This document shows, one piece after another, positions 28,388 to 36,932 of a stretch of 50,034 nt of DNA. Numbering within the stretch: position 1 is the stretch's first letter; each line of letters begins with the position of its first letter. Both the position numbers and the translations under genes were made by a program. Below the pieces are notes generated by a model. The model ran no database searches. It was not told where the DNA came from and worked only from the letters and a program-made list of their open reading frames with translations. The DNA comes from Methanobacteriota archaeon (lineage in GTDB: Archaea; Thermoplasmatota; E2; JACPAO01). The DNA lies in NCBI GenBank assembly GCA_016180755.1, contig JACPAO010000072.1, positions 1-50,034 on the forward strand. The letters are read 5' to 3'.

Positions 28388-28442
28388 AGTCACCGCGTGA
28401 GGCTGGATCGGGGCCGGCGGGTCGCGAGCCGCCCGACGGCGC

Positions 28443-28520
28443 GACCGAAGAGGCTAGAGCGGGGAGCCGTTTCGACGCCGAGCCGGGAAACCGGATTCGC
28501 CGCGCGGCCGTAGTATAGCC
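28443..28520 (+). repeat. Decayed copy of the tRNA-Gly upstream region plus the first 17 nt of the tRNA
   Basis: Ungapped 62/78 match (hand-counted) to 29931-30008; last 18 nt CGCGGCCGTAGTATAGCC identical. Confidence 0.9.
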
Positions 28521-28720
28521 CGGGAATCTCACCCGGAAGCCGCCCGAATACCCCCTGGTTTTCCAGCTGGTTCAACGGGCTTCGAAAGGAAATCCGCTTG
28601 TTTGACGGTGGCGAAGGCTGCGATCATTCTGGATGCGAACGGGGGCGGACACGGCCGCCCCGAAGCCCACGACACGACCGCTGATTCCGCGCGCCGGAAG
28701 GTTCTAGTGGGGGCCCCGCG

Positions 28721-29902
28721 GTGGACCCTTCCATGGACCCGCAGGCGCTGGTCAAGGGGCTCGTGGGCGTCTATGGGGTCCTGGTGGGCCTGCCCACCGC
28801 CGCCTTTGCGTTCCTTACGGGACCGGGACGCGGCATCAACCGCCGACTGGCCGCCGTGCTGTTGTTCGACGCCCTAGGAATCGCCTGTTACCGCCTCGTC
28901 TGGTTGGCCCCCAACGAGGCCAGTGCCCACGCCCTCATCGTGATTGGCGCGATGGCCGCGCAGGCGATTCCGTTCGCCTACCTAATGTTCATCGGCCGAG
29001 CGCTCGAGACGCCCCTGGTCCGCCCGTTCCGGGGTGCCGTCGCGCAGATCATCCTCGGATATGGCGCTTGGGCCGGTGCCGTCGCCGCGTTCACTCGCCC
29101 CGACCTTTTCGGCGGCGAACTCCGAGTCCTGGGCCCGGGCTGGATGATGGTCCCCGGCCCCCTCAACCCCCCGGGCGTCGTCGCGATCGGCCTCGTGAGC
29201 CTGTTTGGCCTTTTCGCGACCGCTTCGGCCTGGAGGCGCGCGCCCGTCGGATCCGTTGCGCGACAGCGCGCGGGCTGGCTCTTGCTGGCCTTCGGCGTCA
29301 GGGACGTGGTCATTGTCCTGGTGGCGGTCGCCGTTGCGGTTTTCCCGGTGGTACTGGCGAACCAGATTCTCCTCGCCCTGTTCGTCGTGTACATCTCCCT
29401 CGTCGGGCCGTTGCTCGCCTTCGGCATCCTGAAGTTCCAACTATTTGACATCGCTTTGAAGTTCCGGTTTACGCTCTCCCGCAGTACGCTGCTGGGCATC
29501 TATGGTGCCACGTTCCTCTCTGTGGAGCAGCTCGTCCAGAACCTCGCCAGCGCGGAATTCGGACTCCTGGCCGGGGCAGCCGCCGCCGGGCTTCTTCTGT
29601 TTGCGGTCTCGCCCCTCAACCGGTTCGCGGAACGCGTCGGCGGCGCGGTACTCCCCCACGCCTCCTCGCCCGCCTACCTTCTGCAGCGTCGCTTCGAAGT
29701 GTACCAGGCGGCCGTGGAAGCGGCACTGCCCGGCGGGGTGAGCGAGAAGGAGCGCCGAACCTTGGAGGCGCTGCGAAGGGAACTGGACCTCACCATCGAG
29801 GACGCTCAAAAGATCGAGTCGCGCACGCTAGCACTCGGTTTACCCGCCCTTGAGGACCGGAGCCCGGGTCCGACCGAACCGTCCACCCAAACGACCTTGT
29901 GA
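28721..29902 (+). CDS. Multi-TM protein resembling sensor-kinase N-terminal membrane regions, with a short TerB-like helical tail and no kinase (alternative ATG 28733)
   Basis: About 9 hydrophobic helices; LAFGILKFQLFDI motif; tail GGVSEKERRTLEALRRELDLT. Confidence 0.7.
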   Translation: MDPSMDPQALVKGLVGVYGVLVGLPTAAFAFLTGPGRGINRRLAAVLLFDALGIACYRLVWLAPNEASAHALIVIGAMAAQAIPFAYLMFIGRALETPLVRPFRGAVAQIILGYGAWAGAVAAFTRPDLFGGELRVLGPGWMMVPGPLNPPGVVAIGLVSLFGLFATASAWRRAPVGSVARQRAGWLLLAFGVRDVVIVLVAVAVAVFPVVLANQILLALFVVYISLVGPLLAFGILKFQLFDIALKFRFTLSRSTLLGIYGATFLSVEQLVQNLASAEFGLLAGAAAAGLLLFAVSPLNRFAERVGGAVLPHASSPAYLLQRRFEVYQAAVEAALPGGVSEKERRTLEALRRELDLTIEDAQKIESRTLALGLPALEDRSPGPTEPSTQTTL

Positions 29903-29930
29903 CCAAGAGCCACGCGAGCGCCCCGTTCTT

Positions 29931-30008
29931 GACCGAAGCGGCTAAAACCCAGACCCGTTTCGACGGCGGGCCGGAAACCCGTTTTCCGCTCGCGGCCGTA
30001 GTATAGCC
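29931..30008 (+). repeat. Second copy of the 78-bp repeat (tRNA-Gly upstream region and 5' end)
   Basis: Partner of 28443-28520; has CTAAAA where the other copy reads CTAGAG. Confidence 0.9.
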
Positions 30009-30064
30009 TGGTAGTACACAGCCTTGCCAAGGCTGTTGGCGGGGTTCAAATCCCCGCGGCCGCA
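29992..30064 (+). tRNA. tRNA-Gly(GCC)
   Basis: Acceptor GCGGCCG/CGGCCGC-A, anticodon arm CAGCC-TTGCCAA-GGCTG, T arm CGGGG-TTCAAAT-CCCCG; CCA not encoded. Confidence 0.97.
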
Positions 30065-30295
30065 CTTCGCCCCTCGGCGTCGACGATGGCTCGTCACGAT
30101 GTGTTCCTCTCGAAACGTGATGCCGGCCCCGAATTCATCGACGCTGGGCCTCTCGGCGTCGGCCGCATGGAAGCGCGGGTGGCCGAGGCCCGCCCGGTGG
30201 CGGCCGTCTGCCACGTCCCAACGGCGCGCTCCCCCCGCCGCGGCGGGACACGCCTCGGCGGGGGACGCGATGGCCTTGGGGGCGGCGCGCCCCCC

Positions 30296-32287
30296 CTACG
30301 AGGGGGCGCGGAACACCCAGAAGCCGGCGATGTTCGAGCCCACGAGGTCGGGCCCGACGGATCCCTTGCCGTGGAAGTAGTCGTTGATGTTGTTCACGCC
30401 GCTCGGGCTGTACGGGCCCATGAGGCCGTAGGTGACGTCGCTGTCCTGGGCGCGCATGGCCATGAGGGCCCAGGCGACCACGACCTTCTTCGGCGAGCTG
30501 CCGTAGCCGAGGAGCGATGCGAATGTGCCGCCCTGTTGGTAGAGGGCGAGGGAAATGCCCTCCACGTCCTGGTCGCGGCTCACCGTCGCGTAGCCTGCTA
30601 GGAGGTGGAGGCCGTGGAACGCGGGCCCCCAACGGTCGCGCAGGGAAACGCCGCCGGCCGTCTCTTGGAGCGGGCCGCACGCCGCGATCATGAGCCACTC
30701 GAGGTCCCCGTTGCCGAACCGTCCTTCCCAGTAGTCGAGGCCCTGGTCGTCGTTGTTGCCCGCAAACCACCAGCCGTAGCCGCTTGCGTGCCCGCTGTAG
30801 AACGTCTGGTCGACGTAGTCTACATACGAGGAGTCCTGTCCGCCGAAGACGGGGTCCTTGAAGTCGACCTCCCAGGCGTCGAAGTCGCCCCAGTAGAACT
30901 GGACCGGTACATTGTTGAGGGCGTGGCCGGCGCCGTACCCGGCCGCGTTCGCGGCAGAGGCCGGAAGGTTCCCTGACCAGCCGACGAATTCGACCCCCAC
31001 GTCGATCCGGCCGGGGAACTGGCCTCGAATGGGCTCCTCGAAGACGCAGCAAGGTGGAATGTCCACGCGGTCGCTTCCCGCCGCCGTTAGGCCGTTCGCG
31101 TCGGTGACGCGCAGCGTGAGGACGTCGTACGTGGTCTGGGTCTTGCCGTTGGCCGAGTACCAAACCTCGTCGCCGTCCCCCGCGGCCTCCGGCGGGATCG
31201 TGAAGAAGAGGCTGCTCCAGTGGAATGTGTAGGGAGGCGTGCCGCCTTTCACGTTCGCTTCCCCGTGGATGCTTGTCCCCTTGAGGTCCGGTTGTGCCTC
31301 GGCGGCCACCTCGACCGTGGGCACGCTTGTGACCGCGGGCACCAGGATGGTGCGCATCTGGATGGGCCCGGAAACGCCCTCCATCGTGCCGTTGCACTCA
31401 AAGTGCGGGTAAAGCGCCTTCACGCCTTGCATGGAAAGGGGCGGCGCGTAGATGACCATCCGGGACTTGATGTCGAACGGGCTCAACTGCTCCCTCACCG
31501 ATCCTTGCCCCCCGAAGGCCGTCGCGCAGACCTCGGGCCCACGGTCCGGGCTGAGCTGGGCGACGCCCGGCCCGGCCTCCGTCCCGCGAAGCGCGTACAG
31601 GACGTGGGTGGGCGTCCCCGCGCCGTCGAAGTTCATCTTGATCTTGGCGCCCGGCCCGACGAGCGGCAGCCCGCCGAGCATGAGGTCGTAGTTGACCTGC
31701 GTGTCCATGGGGATTTTTGAGTTGACGATGATGATCTGGGATTCCGGCCCCGGTGGCTCGACGGGGAGGAACTCCAGCGTGGCGTGCGCCGTCGACGATT
31801 GGGTCCCCTCGGGCATGAGTCCGGCCCGCGTCAGGGCGTCGTTCGCGCGCTGCATCGCGTCCTCCTGGGGATATACGGGCATGTTCCGAAGGGCCTCGAA
31901 GTCGAAACGCTCGGGCATCGTCTCCGTCCCCTCCTCGTTGGGCCCCGCGGTCGGGTCGTCGGGAGCGGGGATCGTCGGCACGTGCTGGAAGCGCTCCTCG
32001 TCAAAGTACACGAGCGTGCCGTCAGGCGTCTGCGGGATCTCCGCGAGGCCCAACCCCGACGCCAAGGCGGCCGCCTCCGCGGAGGTCGGGCCCTGCGAGA
32101 CGACCGCGAAGGACTGTCCGCGGCAGAACGGCGGAGGATTGGGCTTTCCCTGCGTGTGCTCGCACGCGGCCATCGCGTTCGAGTTGGGCTGCGGGCTTGG
32201 CCCCGCGTTGATCGTGGGGAGCCACAGGGCCCCGACCATCACGAAAACCAGCGTCGTCGCCATCCATCCCAGACCGTTGGACCGCAT
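30296..32287 (-). CDS. Secreted protein with PKD-like and C-terminal DUF6345-like (possible His-Cys peptidase-fold) domains
   Basis: Signal peptide; GGTPPYTFHW; AWE.DFKD..D.VD..FYSGH..G..DLEWL.IAAC..W..F.GLH. Confidence 0.75.
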   Translation of the reverse strand: MRSNGLGWMATTLVFVMVGALWLPTINAGPSPQPNSNAMAACEHTQGKPNPPPFCRGQSFAVVSQGPTSAEAAALASGLGLAEIPQTPDGTLVYFDEERFQHVPTIPAPDDPTAGPNEEGTETMPERFDFEALRNMPVYPQEDAMQRANDALTRAGLMPEGTQSSTAHATLEFLPVEPPGPESQIIIVNSKIPMDTQVNYDLMLGGLPLVGPGAKIKMNFDGAGTPTHVLYALRGTEAGPGVAQLSPDRGPEVCATAFGGQGSVREQLSPFDIKSRMVIYAPPLSMQGVKALYPHFECNGTMEGVSGPIQMRTILVPAVTSVPTVEVAAEAQPDLKGTSIHGEANVKGGTPPYTFHWSSLFFTIPPEAAGDGDEVWYSANGKTQTTYDVLTLRVTDANGLTAAGSDRVDIPPCCVFEEPIRGQFPGRIDVGVEFVGWSGNLPASAANAAGYGAGHALNNVPVQFYWGDFDAWEVDFKDPVFGGQDSSYVDYVDQTFYSGHASGYGWWFAGNNDDQGLDYWEGRFGNGDLEWLMIAACGPLQETAGGVSLRDRWGPAFHGLHLLAGYATVSRDQDVEGISLALYQQGGTFASLLGYGSSPKKVVVAWALMAMRAQDSDVTYGLMGPYSPSGVNNINDYFHGKGSVGPDLVGSNIAGFWVFRAPS

Positions 32288-32464
32288 GTTGCCACCTGGC
32301 CACCATCCATACGTCGACCCGATTATAGCCGGACCAGAGGCCGCACGAAAAGGAGCTTTCCACCGCGCTCGTATGCGCGCGGCGGAAAGTCGGTTTCCCC
32401 GATGAAAGGAACTCTCGCCCTGCACCTGACGCGCTTACATCTCGGGAATCGTTCATCGTTCCCG

Positions 32465-33973
32465 ATGTCCCGCTTGTTCGCCCGGGCCCTGGCCGTCGTG
32501 GTCCTCGTCGCCCTCCAAGGATCGCCAAGCTCCGCCGCCTCGGACGACGAAGTGACGTTCATCGTCGGGTTCCGGGAACCCACCGACCGCGGCCCCGGAG
32601 ACGACCTGCATGGCGGCCGCGTCGTGACGGCGAACGCCGCGATACGGGCCCTCGAGGTCCGCGCCGCCGACGCCCGCGCCTTCGAGGAACGCGCGTCGCG
32701 CGACCTCAGAATCCTCTTCGTCGAACGCGACCGGCCCGACGCCCTCTCCGCCCTCCTCCTTCCGAACGACGCGCGCCTCGGCGAACAGTGGGCCCTCGGG
32801 TCAAGGCCCGGCATCGAGGCCCCGGCCGCCTGGGACGTGACGCGGGGCTCCCTCGGCGTCGTCGTCGCGGTGCTGGATTCGGGACTGCAGAAGTCGCACC
32901 CGGACATCGGGAACTATCTCCAAGGGCACGACTTCCTCGCCCAAGACGACGAACCCGACGACCGTTGCGGGCACGGCACGCACGTGAGCGGCATCATCGG
33001 CGCGCTCGCCGACAACGGCGAGGGTATCGCCGGCGTCGCCTTGGCGACGCTTCTGCCCGTGAAGGTCCTCGACCTGGGGGCAGGAGGCTGCTCCGGCACG
33101 TTCGCGGCCCTCGCCAACGGCATCACCTGGTCGACGGACCAAGGTGCGGCCGTCATCTCGATGTCCCTCGGCTGCTCGGCCTGTTCGAGCAGCGCCGTCA
33201 CGGCGGCGCTCGAGTACGCCGCCGCGCACAACGTGCTCAGCGTCTGCGCAGCCGGAAACGGGCAGGGGGGCCCCGTGATGTTCCCCGCGAGCGACGCGAA
33301 CTGCGTGGCCGTCGCCGCGGTGAACGCCGACGGATCCTTCGCAACCTACTCGAGCCGAGGGCCCAAGGTCGAGATCGCGGCCCCCGGGACCGGGATCCTC
33401 TCCACGTACAACGACGGCGGATACGCCGCCTTCTCGGGCACCTCGCTCGCGGCCCCGCACGTCTCGGGCGTCGCGGCCCTCGTGGCCGCCGCCGCGCCGG
33501 GCATCTCCGCCCTCGAGCTGCGGCAACGCTTGCGAGCCTCTGCCATCAACACCTTGCTTCCGGCCGAGGAGGAGGGGGCGGGGCTCGTCAACGCCTGCAC
33601 GGCCGTGGGCGGGCCTTGCGCTGGCGGAGGCGAGCCCGAACCTGACCCCGAGCCCCAACCCCCGGCGTTGCACACGCACGCCCTCGCCGCCTCCCTGCGG
33701 GGCAAACACGTCCTCGTGCGCGCGTACGCGTACGACGCTGCCGAAGGGGCTGTGGACGGCGTCACGGTCCAAGTCCAGATCTGCCGGTCGGGGGCGGCGT
33801 GCGTCCTGCGCGAGGGTGTCACGGCTTCCGACGGGGACGTCCAGGTCCGCTGGTCGGGCGCCGGCTCCGGCGTGTACACGTCCTGCGTCACCGGCATGAC
33901 GAAGACGGGCTACGACTGGGACATGGCGGCGGGGCACGCGGCCAACGGAAACTGCGCCACGGCCGCCCTGTGA
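32465..33973 (+). CDS. Secreted S8 subtilisin-like protease
   Basis: VLDSG, HGTHVSG, AAGN, GTSLAAPHVSG catalytic motifs; signal peptide and propeptide. Confidence 0.95.
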   Translation: MSRLFARALAVVVLVALQGSPSSAASDDEVTFIVGFREPTDRGPGDDLHGGRVVTANAAIRALEVRAADARAFEERASRDLRILFVERDRPDALSALLLPNDARLGEQWALGSRPGIEAPAAWDVTRGSLGVVVAVLDSGLQKSHPDIGNYLQGHDFLAQDDEPDDRCGHGTHVSGIIGALADNGEGIAGVALATLLPVKVLDLGAGGCSGTFAALANGITWSTDQGAAVISMSLGCSACSSSAVTAALEYAAAHNVLSVCAAGNGQGGPVMFPASDANCVAVAAVNADGSFATYSSRGPKVEIAAPGTGILSTYNDGGYAAFSGTSLAAPHVSGVAALVAAAAPGISALELRQRLRASAINTLLPAEEEGAGLVNACTAVGGPCAGGGEPEPDPEPQPPALHTHALAASLRGKHVLVRAYAYDAAEGAVDGVTVQVQICRSGAACVLREGVTASDGDVQVRWSGAGSGVYTSCVTGMTKTGYDWDMAAGHAANGNCATAAL

Positions 33974-34028
33974 CGGCTCCCGTGCAGGAAAAGCTAAATC
34001 CGCGGGGGCCCGCTCCTCGTCGTTCCCC

Positions 34029-35354
34029 ATGGTCCGCGTTGCCGTCCTTCTCGCGTCGCTGCTACTGGCCGCCGGCTGCCTCGAGGAGCCGTCCAAGGGC
34101 GCCGCCTCCCCGCTTGTCCCCGTCCCGGGCCTCGACGTCTCCGCCGCCTTCGAGGCGATCCGCGCCGACATGGCCTCGGTCCCCTGCAAGGCGGACACCG
34201 TATCCTCGACCGCGTCGTCGGCGAACGTGAAGCAGCTTGCCACCAGCCCGCTCAACGAGCTCGGCGGCGCGCACTCCCACGCCGAGTTCGACCTCCACGG
34301 GGACCTCCTCCTCGACTCGATGTACAACAACAAGGGGTTCACGCTCGTCAACGTCTCGAACCCGCTCGAGCCCGTCCAGGTGGGTTTCTTCGTGGATCCG
34401 ACGCCGTCGACGCCCGGCCGGGGATCCTCGTCCACCCTCGACGTGAAGTTCTCGCACGACGGCAACAACGTGTTCCTCGGCTACAACGACGCGGTCGCCC
34501 TCGTCGACGTCTCCGACCGCACGAAGCCGAAGCTCGTGCAGACCATGCCGAACCCGACCGGCTACCGCGCCCAGGCCCACATGGTGTACGACGCCAAGAT
34601 CGGAAACGGCGAGTACCTCTTCGTGTTCCCCTCGATCAGCGGCGAGCACGTCGTCGTCCACAAGATGACGGGCTCCGGCCCCGACGCGAGGCTCACCTAC
34701 CTCACCATGTACACGTTCGTGACGCCGACCGCGCCGACGCGCCAGCCGGTCGCTCCCCACGACGGCTTCGTCATGTTCGACCCCGTCGAGAATCACACGC
34801 TCCTCTACCTCGCGAACAGCTTCTACGGGGTCCAGGTCATCAACGTCGACGACCCCGCGCAGCCCCAGTGGGTGACGACGATCGCCGCGAACGCGGACGG
34901 GACGCCGACCGGGTACCTTCCGAGCTTCTACCACACCGTGCAAGCCGCGTGGATCGACGGGAAGCGCATCATCGCGACGAGCGCCGAGGTCGGCCACAAC
35001 ACGCTCAAGGTGTTCGACGCGACGAACCTCAAGGCCCCCAAGTTCCTGGGGCAATGGGTCTTCAATGAGCAGCAGTCGACGAACATGCAGCACAACCTCC
35101 AGATTGTGAACGGCACGCTCTTCGAGGCGCACTACCAGCAGGGCCTCTTCGGCTTCGACCTCAGGAGCTACCTCCAGAACCCAACGCCGAAGCTCTCGCC
35201 ATCGTTCCACTTCCAGCCCGCCACGGGCGGCTCGATCTGGGACGTCGTCGTCCGCAAGGGGCTTGCCTACGTGAGCAACACGCCCCAAGGTGTGCACGTC
35301 GTCGGGTACGGCTGCTTCGCCGCGGGGACGGAATCGCTCACAAGCGACGGCTAA
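34029..35354 (+). CDS. LVIVD-repeat beta-propeller lipoprotein
   Basis: AAGC lipobox; repeats FTLVNVSNP, VALVDVSD, VQVINVDDP, LKVFDATN. Confidence 0.85.
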   Translation: MVRVAVLLASLLLAAGCLEEPSKGAASPLVPVPGLDVSAAFEAIRADMASVPCKADTVSSTASSANVKQLATSPLNELGGAHSHAEFDLHGDLLLDSMYNNKGFTLVNVSNPLEPVQVGFFVDPTPSTPGRGSSSTLDVKFSHDGNNVFLGYNDAVALVDVSDRTKPKLVQTMPNPTGYRAQAHMVYDAKIGNGEYLFVFPSISGEHVVVHKMTGSGPDARLTYLTMYTFVTPTAPTRQPVAPHDGFVMFDPVENHTLLYLANSFYGVQVINVDDPAQPQWVTTIAANADGTPTGYLPSFYHTVQAAWIDGKRIIATSAEVGHNTLKVFDATNLKAPKFLGQWVFNEQQSTNMQHNLQIVNGTLFEAHYQQGLFGFDLRSYLQNPTPKLSPSFHFQPATGGSIWDVVVRKGLAYVSNTPQGVHVVGYGCFAAGTESLTSDG

Positions 35355-35412
35355 GTCGCCCCATCCTGCTGGGCGTAAGCTTGAAGGCCTCGTCTTCGTT
35401 TCCACGTGGGTC

Positions 35413-36024
35413 ATGAGGCTGCTCGGCGTAGCCGTCCTCGCCGCCGCGTTTGCGCTAAGCGGCTGCATCGAGGAATTCGTCCTCGAAGAAACGGCCGTCG
35501 AAGACGACGCCGAGGCCCCGGCCGCGCGCGACGACCGCGCGTGGGAGCGCGAGAACGTCGGGAAGCCGGCCCAGCTCAGCGGGTTCCATTTCAGCATGCT
35601 CGTGAGCCGCGGCGGCGCCACGGGCCTCAAGGCGGAGGCGACGCTCGGGGGCCCTGCGACGGACTGCGTCATCGAGAGCGTCTCGGCCGTCCGCTGCTCG
35701 TGGCACTACAAGTGGTCCGTCGTCGGAGGGTCTTCGGCGCTGCCGGCCGACGTGAGGATCTGGGTCGCGGACCCCACACAGCCGCAGAGCCTCTGCTCGA
35801 TCGGTTTCTCCGGAGAATGCGCGCGGGCCGGGACGGAGAAGGGTTCCATCGTCGCGGACGCGGAAAACGCCTACGTCGACTGGACCGCCTACGTCAAGGT
35901 GGAGACCGCCGGCTATGCGGGCCCCGCGGTCGTCGCGAAGTCCTACGACATGCGCAAGAGCGACGTTTCCTTCCAGGTCGACTTCGACCGGGACGGCCGA
36001 CCCGTCCCCGCCGTCGACGAGTGA
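35413..36024 (+). CDS. Hypothetical lipoprotein
   Basis: LSGC lipobox; host-like codon usage. Confidence 0.75.
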   Translation: MRLLGVAVLAAAFALSGCIEEFVLEETAVEDDAEAPAARDDRAWERENVGKPAQLSGFHFSMLVSRGGATGLKAEATLGGPATDCVIESVSAVRCSWHYKWSVVGGSSALPADVRIWVADPTQPQSLCSIGFSGECARAGTEKGSIVADAENAYVDWTAYVKVETAGYAGPAVVAKSYDMRKSDVSFQVDFDRDGRPVPAVDE

Positions 36025-36025
36025 G

Positions 36026-36862
36026 CTAGCCGCCCACCCTGAGCGGCTCGCGCGTAGGTCGGACCTGTTTCGTCGCCAAGGCGTGCGACCACATCGCCGA
36101 GAGCACCTGCGCGCGGCGGCGGCTTCGCGCCGACTGGAACCGCCGCGCCGCCCCGTCGGCCTCTGCGAGGAAGCGGGCGCACATGGCGGTCCGTCCCTGC
36201 CGGAACTCCGGCGAGCCCACGAACGACTTGAGCGGCCGTTCGCGGAGCTCTTCCAGCGTGACGAAGACGCGGCCGCGGCCGAGGTCGCGGCGCACGTCCC
36301 GGCAGTCGTCCCCGAGCTGCGTGCTCACCGCGAAGAGGTTCGCGTGCTTCGCGACAAGGCGCCGCGGCTCGTCGGGGAAGAGAAGGTCGTCGAGGATCTC
36401 CATCGCGGGGACGGACTTGTACTCGAGGAGCGCGAGGTATTCGAGCATCGGCCGCGGCCGGTCGAAGCGCGCCTCCGCCTCGAGGCCGGTGAGGCCCCGA
36501 AGGAGGCGTCGTTGGAGCCGGTCCGCGTCGACGATCGCGGGATGCTCGAGGAGCGCGCCGACGCAGCGCTCCGCGAAGTCCGCGTCGAGGGCCGACCTGA
36601 GCCTCCGCCGCCAGTGCGGGGCGGCCGTCGTCCCCGCCTCCATGGCGTCGTCGACGCGGCGCGCGGCGCACCAGAACAGCACCCAGGCGTCCGCCGAGGC
36701 TCGCGGCAGGATCCGGGTCGGCGCGAGGCCCAGGGCCGCATCCCTGCGGGCGCGAAGGAACCGGCGCGCCTGTTCGACGAGGCGGGCCCGACGGGCGCCT
36801 TGGCTCGTTCGGTCCCAACGATCGGTCGAGGTCATCGTTCCGTTTCTCAAACCCTTGCCCAT
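36026..36862 (-). CDS. Class I isoprenoid synthase-like protein (squalene/phytoene synthase family); start may be 36835
   Basis: ARRVDDAME first Asp-rich motif; QLGDDCRDVRRDLGRGRVFV second motif. Confidence 0.75.
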   Translation of the reverse strand: MGKGLRNGTMTSTDRWDRTSQGARRARLVEQARRFLRARRDAALGLAPTRILPRASADAWVLFWCAARRVDDAMEAGTTAAPHWRRRLRSALDADFAERCVGALLEHPAIVDADRLQRRLLRGLTGLEAEARFDRPRPMLEYLALLEYKSVPAMEILDDLLFPDEPRRLVAKHANLFAVSTQLGDDCRDVRRDLGRGRVFVTLEELRERPLKSFVGSPEFRQGRTAMCARFLAEADGAARRFQSARSRRRAQVLSAMWSHALATKQVRPTREPLRVGG

Positions 36863-36932
36863 GCGGCGCGCCCGAGATGAAGCTTACGCCCAACGCGTCA
36901 GCTTTATCTCAAAACCCCGGCTAGCGCCGCGC

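Noticed and set aside
28504..28520. Split tRNA half for trans-splicing
   Set aside because: Only 17 nt of tRNA, no bulge-helix-bulge or complementary leader seen, and an intact tRNA-Gly(GCC) is nearby
30086..30295. MARHDVFLS resembles the start of a TIR domain
   Set aside because: Similarity ends after a few residues and the ORF runs antisense into the DUF6345-like gene
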